From assembly GCA_963736855.1 (NCBI GenBank), contig CAVTQK010000021.1:256001-320000 (forward strand): a stretch of 64,000 nucleotides of DNA, written 5' to 3'. Within the stretch, counting starts at the first letter, position 1; every line of letters starts with the position of its first letter. Below the pieces are notes generated by a model. The model saw only the letters and a program-made list of their open reading frames with translations. It did not search any database and was not told the DNA's origin. The translations under genes were made by a program, and so were the position numbers. Origin of the DNA: an uncultured delta proteobacterium (lineage in GTDB: Bacteria > Desulfobacterota > Desulfobacteria > Desulfobacterales > UBA2156). Positions 30,956 to 43,082 of this stretch are shown here, one piece after another.

Positions 30956-32385
30956 GAGACGTTTGAAAAACTCTTCAGATTTCGGGTTTTAGATTTTTGG
31001 GAGAATTTTCAGAAAAGTTTAGGGTTTATGGTATCGAGTTTGATTCATTTTTTGTTCCAACGCAACGGAGAATCGGGCTCTATTCCGTCTCGATTTTCAT
31101 CATTTTCATGCCGAGTTCCTTCAATTTTACTCTTTGGGCGCACCTCCTCGTTTTATATGAACGCCAGTTTTAAAATTCTCAATCCTCTTTTTATATTGAA
31201 CGCCGCCTGTCGGCACCAGCAATCGAACTTGTTTTTGGGGATGTTGGGAAACCGAGCCCTGATAGGCATGATCGTGAAGATGACTCAACCCGAAATATTG
31301 TTCGACCATGTATCGGATCTTCGAGATCTTTTTGTTTCGTTCAATTTCATAAGGAGTTAACTTGGCCGTCGTTGTATCTTTTCTCATGATGCCGTCTTCG
31401 ATTTTATTTTCGGCAAGGAAAGCTCCGGTTTGGCTCTCCGAAATATCCTTTATCGGCATATGCCTTTTTAATGGGTTGTTTCGTATGACGGGAAAAGACC
31501 GTGCAATACGGAAAGTAGTTGGTATCGCTTTCGGAAGCCGGAGTGAGGGTTGTGGCCAGGATAAAGCCGTGGTTCACATCCACCGAGGCATGTTCTTTCA
31601 ACCCATAATGGGGGTTATTTTCATCCTTGGCATTCCAGTCTGATTCCAGGTCTCGGGTATACTTTTTGGGTTTGCCGTTTTTATCGAGTTTTCCTTCCGG
31701 GGTTTGGGGTTTATCTCTCAGTTCCTTGATTTTGTCGTTACTGATGGGGCGGCTTACCGATTGGACCAGTCGGGCATCGACGGCGATGCCTTCGTTGATG
31801 GTCAATCCCTGTCGTTCGAACTGTCTGAGGATTTCGGAGTTGATCTGATCCATGGCATTTTTAGAAAGCCGGCTTCTGAATCGGGAAAAGGTGGAATGAT
31901 CCGGAGAGGGTTTATCCAAGGGAAGCCCCAGGAAGCGTTTGAAGGAAAACCGGTCGTTGATCTGGCTTTCCAGTTCAGGGTCGGATTGAATTCTAAACCA
32001 TTTTTGGAGCATCAGGCATTTATACAGCAACAACGGCGGATAGGCATCGGCGCCTTCGCCGCTGGTACCGACGGTATAATGACTCATCAAAACGGATTCG
32101 ATTCGGGGCCAGTTGATGGATTTATTCGATCTTTTCCAGGGTCTTGAGGCTTCGGTTGTGCTCCAGGGTCTCTTTCATGGCCAGATCGGCGAAGGTCAAG
32201 GACTCGTTCAGTCTTTTGAATCCCATGGTCATCCTCCTGTTGGTTTTTTACAGAAGGATACCCTGATAAAATGATAAATGTCAATATAAAAAAGATATAA
32301 ATAAATATTTATAGAGTAATCTATTGAGTCTGGAAAAGGAAGTCATGAAACAAGGTGGGAAAATCAGAGGTTATGCAAAGGCCTC
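30956..32385 (-). mobile_element. IS5-family insertion sequence, about 1430 bp
   Basis: Imperfect TIRs GAGACGTTTGAAAAAC and (reverse complement) GAGGCCTTTGCATAAC; contains a transposase gene. Confidence 0.88.
31153..32226 (-). pseudogene. IS5-family transposase (frameshifted)
   Basis: MGFKRLNESLTFAD...; LQKWF..SDPELE, PDHSTFSRFR, VDAR, YGLKEH, YADKGY, RYMVEQYFG, spread over several frames. Confidence 0.85.
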
Positions 32386-32450
32386 ATATCACATCTCGGG
32401 GGACGCTACTTTTATTTCCAGAAATAAGCTCTCAATTGAGGATGTAACCA

Positions 32451-33230
32451 ATGAATGTTATTAAACACTTTGTGGAAGCGACTATCAAGGCATTTGGGCG
32501 CGGCAGGATTAACAAAGTCCTGAACTGCGCAGATATCAAATTTGAAATCGCTAAGAGTGGCGCAACGTACTATGATTACTATTGGCATAAAGCGAATAAG
32601 AAAATTGATTTGAGAACAATAGGTGACTTTTGGGAAGTAGCAACAAGAGTTATTAAAGAAAAAAAAACCTTTCTCTACTATGATCGGCTTTTTACGTTAT
32701 GGCAGGGTATTTTGAGCTTAAATTCTTCTGATTGTTCAATAGCAGAGATAGGAACTTATAAGGGGGGGTCAGCTAGATTCATCATAGAAACACTTAATAA
32801 AAATAAATATAAAAACAAATTTTTTGTGTTTGATACTTTTAAAGGCCATTCCGTAGTTGATGAACGTGTTGATGGAAGGCACAAAATCGGCAACTTTGGT
32901 GACACATCTTATGAGGAAGTGAAAACCTATCTCAATGCACCCGATGTAGTGATATATGAAGGTAATTTTTTAGATACCTCTCAGTTTATTGATCGTATCT
33001 TTAACTTTGGAATGGTCCATATCGATGTCGATGTTTACCCTGTGACAAAGTTTTGCTTAGAATTTTTTGAAAAACATACCATCCCTGGAAGTCTAATAAT
33101 CATAGATGATTACGGAAACAATAATTGTAAAGGGCTCAAAAAGGCTGTTGATGAATACATTTGCACCCATTCTTATTTCAAAATGTTTTACTTATTAACC
33201 GGACAAGCGCTATTGATAAAATATTGTTAA
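32451..33230 (+). CDS. TylF/MycF/NovP-family O-methyltransferase, copy 1
   Basis: AEIGTYKGGS, FDTFKG, VHIDVDVY, IIDDYG...GLKKAVDEY. Confidence 0.85.
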   Translation: MNVIKHFVEATIKAFGRGRINKVLNCADIKFEIAKSGATYYDYYWHKANKKIDLRTIGDFWEVATRVIKEKKTFLYYDRLFTLWQGILSLNSSDCSIAEIGTYKGGSARFIIETLNKNKYKNKFFVFDTFKGHSVVDERVDGRHKIGNFGDTSYEEVKTYLNAPDVVIYEGNFLDTSQFIDRIFNFGMVHIDVDVYPVTKFCLEFFEKHTIPGSLIIIDDYGNNNCKGLKKAVDEYICTHSYFKMFYLLTGQALLIKYC

Positions 33231-33474
33231 TAAGCATATGAATGACTGGTAATCTTGATTCTTCAACTTGTAGAATTTAGACCTTGAACACTTTTAGAGT
33301 AATCAAAAGCTTCACCATCAACATTGTCATACGGTTTACGATCAATTTTATTTAATTTGTTCTCGATCCCGACCGTTAGGCGAGCCTATCCCATTGAAGT
33401 TGGTTGAAAAGATAAAATAGGCTAATTCTATAAAAGTTTTTCCAAGGCATTGATTTATAATTTAGAAATTATTT

Positions 33475-34240
33475 TTGAGAATCGATATCAAGACAAAAAC
33501 TATCATAGCGCTAATACCTGCAAGATCGGGATCAAAACGTTTAAAAGAAAAGAATATCAAGCTATTAAGCGGTCATCCGTTAATGAGTTATACAATTTCT
33601 GCTGCCCTGAAAAGCAAAATATTTAATTCGGTAATCGTTTCAACCGACTCGAAAATTATACTCAAAGATAGCAAAACATTATGGCGCAGAGGTGCCAATT
33701 TTAAGACCGGTCAGAAATATCGGGAGATACATCACCGGATATTGAATGGGTGGAATACACTTTGAGGAAATCTCAAAGATAACGGCAAAGAATATGACTG
33801 TTTTTCTATTTTACGTCCAACTAATCCTTTTCGTATGCCGGAAACCATTCAAAGAGCATGGAACTCATTTCTTAAACGAAAAAGGAATCGATTCCCTCAG
33901 AGCCGTTGAAAAATGCAAACAACATCCGGGGAAAATGTGGGTAATTAGAAATGATAGGATGCTACCCCTTCTCCCTCTCAGCCCTGCAGAGCAGCCATGG
34001 CACAGCAGTCAGTATCAATCCCTTCCGGAAGTATTGTACAAAATGCAAGTTTAGAAATTTCTTGGACTCGAAATGTATTCGAAGGATCGAACAATAGCAG
34101 GAACGATTATGATGCCGTTTTACACCGCTGGTTATGAAGGATTTGATATCAACTACCCGTATGATTGGAAAATTGCTGAAGAACTTATTTCCACCGGTCA
34201 AGCAATATTACCGTCTATAAACGAACTGCCGTATATTTGA
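33475..34240 (+). CDS. NeuA-family CMP-ulosonate synthetase #1 (frameshifted)
   Basis: ALIPARSGSKR..KN, VSTDS, LRPTNPFR, EGFDINYPYDW across frames. Confidence 0.85.
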
Positions 34241-34260
34241 AATAATATGGGGTCTTGATC

Positions 34261-36183
34261 ATGATTGATTTAAAACTCATCCCTTTATCGGAATTTAATA
34301 GGATAAACAATTCAACGCGAAAAGATAAATATGACAAATTGCATTTGATTGCTGATATGTGTCGAGCAAATACTTTAGTTGCCGTGAAAAAAGCCGGTTC
34401 AGGCCACTTAGGGATCCAGCTTCAGCTCGATCGATATTGTTGTCTGGCTTTATTATTGCAAAATGAACACGATCGAAATAGGTCTGGATAATCCCGATAG
34501 AGATATTTATTTTTCTTCGAAAGGACATGACGCGCCTGGCCTTTACAGCGTTTTGTATTCCTTGGGGATTTTGGATAAGCAAAAGTTGCTCAAACTCAGA
34601 AGAATCAGCGGATTGGACGGTCATCCCCATATCAGCATTCCGGGAATCGAGGCAAATTCCGGATCTTTGGGAATGGGAATTTCCAAGGCAAAAGGAATCG
34701 CCTTTGCAAAGAAAATCAAAGGGGGAGAATGGATGTGTTTCGTGATGACCGGAGACGGTGAATTCCAGGAAGGGCAAATTTATGAGGCGCTGCAAACTGC
34801 CCCACATCAAAAGATCACAAATCTTGTTGTCATCATGGATCACAATAAAATACAGACAGATAAACCCGTTGAAAATGTAATTAGCCTCGGTCCATTGAAG
34901 AAAAAATACGCTCTTTTGGATGGCATTGCGAACGATGTAACGGTCATGACTTTAGAAGCATCGAAGATGCTTTTCATAAGTTGGATAAGATTGCTTCAAG
35001 ACCAAAGGTGCTCGTAGCCGATACGATCAAAGGGAGAGGCGTTTATTTCATGGAACATCCATACGACCTGGAAAAGACCGGCGGTTTTTACCGCTGGCAT
35101 TCGGGAGCTCCGGATGATGAATCTTTTAAAAAAGCCTTCGATGAACTGATTGATCGAATCAGCCTTCGTTGTCAGAAATTGAAATTGGAACCCATCTCGT
35201 TTGAAACGATTCCTGTTGAAAAGAAGAAAAAAAGCGGTGTCACTCTCAGAATATGTTGCGGATGCTTTCGGAGAAGCTCTTGTTGATATCGCAGAAGCCC
35301 GAAAGGATGTTATCGTACTGGATTCGGATTTGGCTGCAGATTGCCGTCTTCGCGCTTTTGAAGCCAAATACCCGGAGCGATTTATTGAGAATGGGATTGC
35401 CGAACAGGATATGGTTTCAATGGCAGGGGGGATTGCATCTCAGGGCTTATTACCTGTTGTCAATACGTTTGGAGCCTTTTTATCTTCCGAGCAAACGAGC
35501 AAATCTACAATAATGCCAGCGAATTGAACAAAAATCATCTATGTTTGCCACTATGCGGGGTTGATTCCGGCAGGACCCGGATTATCCCATCAGTCGATTA
35601 GAGATATATCGCTGGTTGGAGCATTGCCGAATATTACATTTTGCAGCCCTGTAACGCGGTAGAGACTCGTTTACTTTTTGAATATTGCATAAACGAAGCC
35701 GATCAAAATTGCATGATCAGACTTAATATCGGTCCATCTCCGGGTAAAATCGAATTGCCGTCTGGCTACCGGATTGAGGAAGGTCGCGGATCGGTATTAC
35801 ACAACGGAAAAGATGCCGTCCTCTTCGCGTACGGGCCTGTAATGTTAAACGAAGCCTTGAAAGCGGCGTCAATACTGAAAAATGAAGATTTTGGAATTCG
35901 GGTTATTAATATGCCGTGGCTGAACCGAATTGATGATCTCTGGATTGCAGATGCTATATCTAAAGTCAAAAATATTTTCGTTATAGAGGATCACAGCCCA
36001 ACTGGAGCGTTAGGAGATTACCTATTAAATACATTGGAATCAAGGAGCTTGCTAAAAGGCAGACGATTTCATAAATTCTCCGTTGAGGGATATCCTGCAT
36101 GGGGTACGCCTCAAGAAGTACTTCGGTATCATCGGCTAGATGCGATATCATTAGTAAAAAGAGTTATCACGGAAATTAGATAG
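34261..36183 (+). CDS. single-chain transketolase/DXS-like ThDP enzyme (frameshifted)
   Basis: AGSGHLG, SKGHDAP, LDGHP, GSLGMG, GDGEFQEG...DHN (ThDP motif), TIKGRG, GIAEQDM, SHQS, EDH. Confidence 0.88.
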
Positions 36184-36195
36184 GAAATTTCTGTT

Positions 36196-37560
36196 ATGAT
36201 TCCTAACGTTCTATTTCTTCCAAGTAACAATTATAATTTTATTGAGATGCACAATTGGGGAAGTACCTTTTAAGTCGACACCTTGCTTATCCAGTCATGC
36301 TTTTAACGAACAGTTCGATATCTAAATACAAAAATCAGTTTGATAATAGTGGAATTCAATATATCAATCCAAATAATAAATTATTGGAAAAAATACAGAG
36401 GAAAGTATTAAAAGCTTTTGATGAAATCTTTAAAAATAAATTGAGTAATATTAAAAAGGAATTGTTTTCCATCGTACTGAAAAGGCGTGAGCATGATATC
36501 ATCGGGTTTATTGAAAAAATATGACCCCAGGTCAGTGGTTGTAAAGGGCGATCGACATTGGAATAATGGTTGGGAACCAGCCATGATAAGAACATGCAAT
36601 GATCAGAGGAATCCCGTCCATTATTATTCCTATGGCACTTTCAAATATCGAATCGCTGGCTAAGAAGAAGGCCTAATCAAAAATTAAATGCTAAGTTTTA
36701 TCCATATATAAAACAATATTATCCGAAACAATGCTTATGGGATAGCAGAACCAGCAGTTATTATCTGTATAGAGAGCCTTCGTTGATTTTAGCTCTGGCA
36801 AAAAGAGATATGTTGCCGGATAATCCATGGATTATGGGAGGAGGAAAAAGTACTTTCGTTTTGGTTGAAGGAGAAGATATCAAGCGGCGCTATATCGAGT
36901 GGGGATGTAATAAAGATAAAATCATTGTGACCGGTCGTGCCGCGCATGATTATTTGTTTGAAGGATTCAAACAAAAGCAAAATATTAGGGATAGGCTTTT
37001 TAAGAAATATCATTTTAATCAAGATGTTAAACTTATTCTTGTCGCTCTACCGCAGTATGCAGAAGAAGGTTTGTTGAGTTGGGAAAAACATTTGAACGAA
37101 ATCAATTTTATAGGAAGTATTTATCAGCAATTAAATGCAAATTGTCTTATATCCCTACACCCAAGAATGGAACGGAATAACTATTTATTTTTAGAGAAAG
37201 AATATTCATTGGTAATTGCTGAAGAACCTTTATCGGATATTTTACCGGCTGCTGATATTTTTACAGCAACTTATTCATCTACGGTTCCTTGGGCTGTTTT
37301 ATGTCAAATACCTACAGTTGTTTTCGATTTTCTGGACTTCGGGTATGAGTCATTTAATTATCCGGGGACTATCATAGTTAAAGATAAGGAAAAATATAAT
37401 GTCGGAATTAGAAAAATTATTGAATAACGATTATTACTATTCTTTTATGAAAAAAGAACAAATAGATGCATCTCAAAATATATCCACCTTTGATGGAAAA
37501 TGTATGGAAAGAATTGCAGATATTGTTATAAATACCGGAAACTATTTGAAAGGTAATTAA
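36196..37560 (+). CDS. GT-B-like protein with HP and SS/T motifs, candidate ulosonate transferase, copy 1 (frameshifted)
   Basis: NPWIMGGGKS, SLHPRM, YSSTVPWAV, FDGKC; paralog of the gene at 45748. Confidence 0.6.
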
Positions 37561-37947
37561 TGATTTATTACATAACCAAACAGTCTCATAGATATAAAAG
37601 ACAAATTCGAAATAGGAGCGAGAATGATAAATCAAAAGCAACACAATTAAATTAAGTGATCTGAAAACATTTGATCGGGAATTTAACAGAAATGATTTAG
37701 AAACTACATACAATTTTTCAACCAGAAAATATTACCGTATCTATTTTTACGATTTATTAAAAAGGAGGTTATCTGGTTAAAAAATATTGAAAATGGTCAA
37801 TGTCAAGAATTTCTAATAACATACCCGCTGTATAATCTGATATGTAGTTCATTTTTTGATTTTGCTCTTCGCTCTGCGAAAAGGCGATGATTTTATTATC
37901 GGTAGGGAATAGTTAACATTCACATTGAAAAGAATATAGGTGATTTC

Positions 37948-38974
37948 GTGCAAAAAAACGAATATGAGTCCATGGCAATACCTGTTGAATTAGACAAAAA
38001 GATAAGCGAATTTGTTGAAAACAGCGAGGGGATAGTGTCAAATAAAATCCAGGCGATATCCCAAGCGTGGCAGATATATGAAAAATTATTTCTACAAGAA
38101 AAAAATCCTGGGACCATAAAGATCGGCAACAAATTTGTCGGACATAATCAGCCAATTTTCGTGACAGCTGAAATAGGAATAAACCACAACGGAAGTTTGG
38201 ATATTTGTAAAAGATTGATTGATTTGGCCTTTGAAGTTGGTTGTGACGCTGTAAAATTTCAAAAACGAACTATTGATATAATTTATACAAAAGAGGAATT
38301 GGAAAAATTTCGAGAGAGCCCATTCGGACAAACAAACGGGGACTTAAAACGAAAATTGGAGTTTGGAGAAAAAGAATATTCCGAGATTGATCAATATTGC
38401 AAAAAAAAAGGAATTATTTGGTATGCATCTCCTTGGGACATACCAAGTGTTGAATTTTTAGAAAAATTTAATGTTCCTTGCCATAAAATTGCTTCAGCTT
38501 GCATAACAGATAAAGAGCTATTAATAAAAATAAAAGAAACAAAAAAGCCGGTCATATTATCTACCGGAATGAGCACTCTCAAACAGATAAACAAAGCGGT
38601 AAAATTATTAGGAGAAGAAAATTTGATAATTTTGCACTGCACTTCCACATATCCAACCGCAGAAAGTGAACATAACCTCAACACTTTAAAAACATTAAGA
38701 AAATATTTTAATTGTCCAATTGGTTATAGCGGCCATGAAACGGGAATTTGGCCGACAATAATTGCAACAGCGTTGGGCGCATGTGTTTTAGAAAGGCATA
38801 TAACTTTAGATAGAACGATGTTTGGAAGCGATCAAGCCGCTAAACCTTGAAAGAAAAGGGATTGAGACAATATGTAAAATTGCTAAAATTACAAATGTAT
38901 ATCTAGGCAATGGGAAAAAAATAGTTTATGATTCAGAAAAACAAATTCTTAAAAAATTAAGAAGAGTTGAATAA
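37948..38974 (+). CDS. NeuB-family synthase #2, no SAF domain, N-terminal extension of about 55 aa (frameshift near 38845)
   Basis: AEIGINHNGS, VKFQKRT, KIASAC, LSTGMS, HCTSTYP, YSGHE, ERHITLDR. GTG start preceded by AGGTGA. Confidence 0.88.
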
Positions 38975-38994
38975 TCTTTAAAATAGGTGGTTGT

Positions 38995-39623
38995 ATGAAT
39001 AAAATTGTATCTATAATACCAGCAAGAGGAGGAAGTAAAAGAATTCCAAAAAAAAACCTTATAAAAATCAATGGTAAACCTTTAATTTATTATATGATTA
39101 AAGCTTCTTTGGAATCCAAAGTAGATGAAACATGGGTTAGTTCGGAAGATGATGAAATATTACGAGTAGCAAAAAAATATGGCGCTAAAATAATTAAAAG
39201 ACCAGAAGAGTTGGCAACGGATACATCATCAAGCGAATCTGTTTTATTACATTTTGCAGATAATTGTTCTTTTGATATACTTGTATTTTTAGATACCTAC
39301 TTCTCCATTGACTACACCAGAAGACATCAATAAATCCATAGAGCTAATGAAATATTATGACTCTGTCGACAGTATCCGAACTGACACAATTTATATGGTT
39401 TGAAAATAATCCATCCTATGATTTAAATAATAGACAAAGAACGCAAGATTGCAAAAAGACTTATATTGAAACTGGGGCAATTTTTATAACCAATAGAGAA
39501 AACCTTTTAAAAACAAAAAATAGGCTTAGCGGAAAAATTGGTTTTTGTATAGTACCCAAAATTCGTTCATTTGATATAGATTCATATGAAGATCTTGAAT
39601 TAATTAAGAGGTTGATAATATGA
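38995..39623 (+). CDS. NeuA-family CMP-ulosonate synthetase #2 (frameshifted)
   Basis: IIPARGGSKRIPKKN, PTSPL, ETGAIF, SFDIDSYED. Confidence 0.88.
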
Positions 39624-40347
39624 ATAAGGAAATATTATTTGGGAAGAATTGCTTTATAACTGGGGCAAAAGGAGGATTAGGAAAAGAAATTGCATTCGAA
39701 ATGGCTAAATGTGGGTGTAATTTATTTTTAACAGGCAGAAATACATCAAACTTGGAAATGCTGAAAAGCGAACTTAAAAAAATAAATAAAAATATAAAAA
39801 TATTTTTCGAAAAATGTGACTTAAATAATTTTGATGAAATTAAACGGATTATTAGTAAAGCTAAAAACTAGTTTAGAAATGTTGACATTTTAATTAACTG
39901 TGCTGGAGTTTTTCCGGTTAAAAAATTCATTGATTCTGAGATCGAAGATTTTGATAAATGTTTTAATATAAATATAAAAGCCCCATTTATATTATGTAAA
40001 GAATTTAGCAAAGAGATGGTTAAAAATAAATGGGGAAGAATTGTCAATGTAGGATCTTCGTCGGCTTATAGTGGTTTCAGGGAAACATCAATATACTGTG
40101 CCTCCAAACATGCCATTTTAGGACTGTCAAGAGCAATTTATAATGAGCTTAAAGATTACAATGTCAGAACATTTTGCATTTCACCAGGTTCTATAAAAAC
40201 AGAAATGGGGAAACAGGTTAAAAACCAGAAATTTGATACCTTTTATCCAACCAAAAGAAATTGCTAAATACATTTCATTTGTAATCTCGTTTGATGGATA
40301 CATGATTTCAGAAGAGGTAAGACTTAATAGGATGTTTATACAATGAC
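39620..40347 (+). CDS. SDR oxidoreductase (in-frame stop at 39869 and a frameshift)
   Basis: TGAKGGLG, INCAG, YCASKH, SPGSIKTEM. Confidence 0.8.
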
Positions 40348-41119
40348 TTATTTGGAAACACTGTTTTCATTAAAAGGAAAAGTTGCATTGGTCACTGGTG
40401 CAGCAAGAGGCAATGGAAAAGCGATTGCAGAATCTTTGTTGAGAGCAGGCGCTAAAGTATTACTATTCGATGTGTTAGAGAAAGAACTTAATGAAACTGC
40501 AGATCATTTTAAAAGCGAATATTTAGACGCTATACCTTACGTGTGTGATCTTTCTAATTTTGGTAAAATTGATGAAATGATAATTTTTATTAAAAATATA
40601 ACTGAAAAAGTTGATATTCTCATAAATAACGCAGGGGTTAGTTTTAGCAATCCAGTATTTGATTACCCTGATGAATTCTGGGAAAAAACGTACAAAGTCA
40701 ATGTAAATGCTCCCTTCGAATTATCAAAAAAAATAGGGAAGCTTATGAGGAAGTATAAATCCGGAGTGATTATAAACATAACAAGCTTAAATGCCGAATT
40801 GGCATTTGCTGACAACCCGGCATATGTTTCTGCTAAAGGTGCTTTAAAGCAGTTATCAAAATCTTTGGCTATGGATTTAGGAAAATATGGGATTAGAGTG
40901 AATAATGTCGGCCCAGGTTATTTCAAAACTCAGTATGAACAAAAAAAAGTTGGGATGATACTGTTTTAAATAAGCAAAGAAAAAACCGAACTATTTTAGG
41001 AAGGTGGGGCTTCCCTGAAGATTTAGCAGGAATTATTGTTTTTTTATTTCAAATTATCTTCATATATAACCGGCCAAGACATTTATGTCGATGGTGGTTG
41101 GCTAATAAAAGGATTATAA
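40343..41119 (+). CDS. SDR oxidoreductase (frameshifted near the 3' end)
   Basis: TGAARGNG, INNAG, YVSAKG, GPGYF; continues LGRWG...TGQDIYVDGGWL. Confidence 0.85.
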
Positions 41120-41130
41120 AAATACATTAA

Positions 41131-41817
41131 ATGGTTTTTAATAAAGAAACAAGCGACAAAGAAAAATTGTACAATAAATTTTATAACGGAAATGAGTATG
41201 AATATTGGGAACACGCGCCAGGCAAAAATGTGATTATAGTAGCTGTAGCTGATTTTTTAAAGAAAGGACTGTTACCAAAATCAGCAAAGATCGTTGATGT
41301 AGGGTGCGGAACCGGTTTTTTCATGGATAGGATTTATAAGGAAGTAAATAACAATGTTGAATTGTCGGGCATTGATATATCATCTGAGGCGATAGCTATT
41401 GGCAAAAAAAAATACCCATATCTTGCAAAACAGCTATTTAATGGTGATGGATGTGAAACCGGATTCAATAGAAATTATTTTGACCTTCTTATTTGTTATG
41501 GGTCATATGAACATTTTAAATCACCATATTTGGGATTAAAAGAAGCGGCACGAATTTTAAAAAAGGGAGGATATATCATGATAATGGTTCCCACATTAGG
41601 TATTGATCGCACTGATAGAAAAGATGAGGGGTGGTATGAGAAAAGGAGAAGTTGTGAACAACCACGAACTTGGCAAATGCAGTGGAATTACTACAGGAAA
41701 ACGTGGGAAGATTTGTTAAAAAAGGCATCTTTTAAATTGTATCCTATTGATATCCCTATTAATTATGGCGAATTAAACGGGCGTTTTTTATTTCGGAAGA
41801 AAAGGATCAAAGCCTGA
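41131..41817 (+). CDS. class I SAM-dependent methyltransferase
   Basis: VDVGCGTG, GIDIS, EH...EAARILKKGG. Confidence 0.85.
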   Translation: MVFNKETSDKEKLYNKFYNGNEYEYWEHAPGKNVIIVAVADFLKKGLLPKSAKIVDVGCGTGFFMDRIYKEVNNNVELSGIDISSEAIAIGKKKYPYLAKQLFNGDGCETGFNRNYFDLLICYGSYEHFKSPYLGLKEAARILKKGGYIMIMVPTLGIDRTDRKDEGWYEKRRSCEQPRTWQMQWNYYRKTWEDLLKKASFKLYPIDIPINYGELNGRFLFRKKRIKA

Positions 41818-41842
41818 GGATATTTAAAAATAGAGGTGATAT

Positions 41843-43042
41843 CAGTGCTGTCCAAAATTAATTCGAGTTAGCGTTTTGGTATCAATAATATCAAGCAGTT
41901 ACTTTTCAAAAAGGCTTTTTCAAAGATAAGGTTCTATTTTTCATGTTAGTAGATGCTGTTCAAGAGCGGAGAAAGGCAGGGGGTATTGGATAGATTTTAG
42001 AGTTATCGGTAATGTTTCAAAGGGTCTGTCGATCCATTCCCATGAATTGCGGTATGTAAAGAGGTGCTAGCCCCAAAATCCAGGTGTTTGGTCAAAAAGA
42101 TGCATATTTCTCCGGATTCCGGATCTATGCGGACGATTCGGCGTAGGGTGTGGGGGCAATGCTTTTTGGAGTAATAACCGGAAAACCGGATCTGTTCATC
42201 GGATACGATGTTCCGATGTAGGGGAGGTTCCCTTTTCTCCAAAACGACGTAGTCGGCATTGTCTTTGAAGCGTGTGACAAAAAAGATGCCTTGTCGGGTC
42301 CAGTGGTCAAAGAGGCAGTAATCGGTATAACCCCGGTCGACGGCCACGATGGAGCCCGGGACGAAAGAAACCTGGCGCGCAATTCGAATATCGTGTTTTT
42401 CCCCTTCCGTAATACAGGCAAAAGTGGGAAGATACCCGTCATGATCCAAAAGCAGATGCAGCTTGATTGCCCCTTTTGTCCAGCGGAAACTGGCTCACAG
42501 GAAAAGGGATAGGCACAGGGATACGAGGGTACTATCCAATGTCAACAACTTGTTTTTGAACCGAAAGCGTTTGGGTTTATGCGGTGCGCCTTTCTGACAG
42601 AACTCCAGCGTTTGATAAAACAGATCTTGGAAGAGCTGCCACGGGCGATGGGCATTGGCATAGGAAAGGGTCGATTTGTTGGGAGACACTTTAACTCCCA
42701 AATGCTTCAGTTTCCCTAAACAGCTGGCCAGTCCCCCACTGATCTATCTAAGACTCTTGGCCTGTGCAAGCTGGCAAAACAACATGGTAATAAAACGATC
42801 CCAGGAATGAAACAGCTTGGCAAATCGTTCGGATCCGTGACGAAAAACCAATTCATGAAATCGTTGACGGTTGAACACGGCAAGCAGTTGACTGAACAGA
42901 CTGGCATGGCGTATCATCACTCATCCTCCTTTTCGGACTTTCTCGGTTATTGTTTTGGGCAACATAACCATGCCCTATAAGTAGGATTTTTTTCAGCTGT
43001 CAATTCCCATTAACTTACGAAAAGCGTTTTTGGACAAGTCTG
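41843..43042 (-). mobile_element. IS4-family element, internally deleted, transposase pseudogene
   Basis: TIRs CAGTGCTGTCCAAAA and (reverse complement) CAGACTTGTCCAAAA. Transposase from 42917: MIRHASLFSQL...SLR*ISGG (in-frame stop), KSTLSYAN, LDST, VDRGY; jumps from FGAST directly to the C-terminal LFTY..WEWID. Confidence 0.85.
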
Positions 43043-43082
43043 AACCCTATTATTTGTGACTTATTTGTGAAAGATCAAATCA

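Noticed and set aside
37624..37947. Possible longer N-terminal extension or separate gene upstream of NeuB #2
   Set aside because: Stops in all frames and no recognisable motif; the GTG at 37948 has its own ribosome site.
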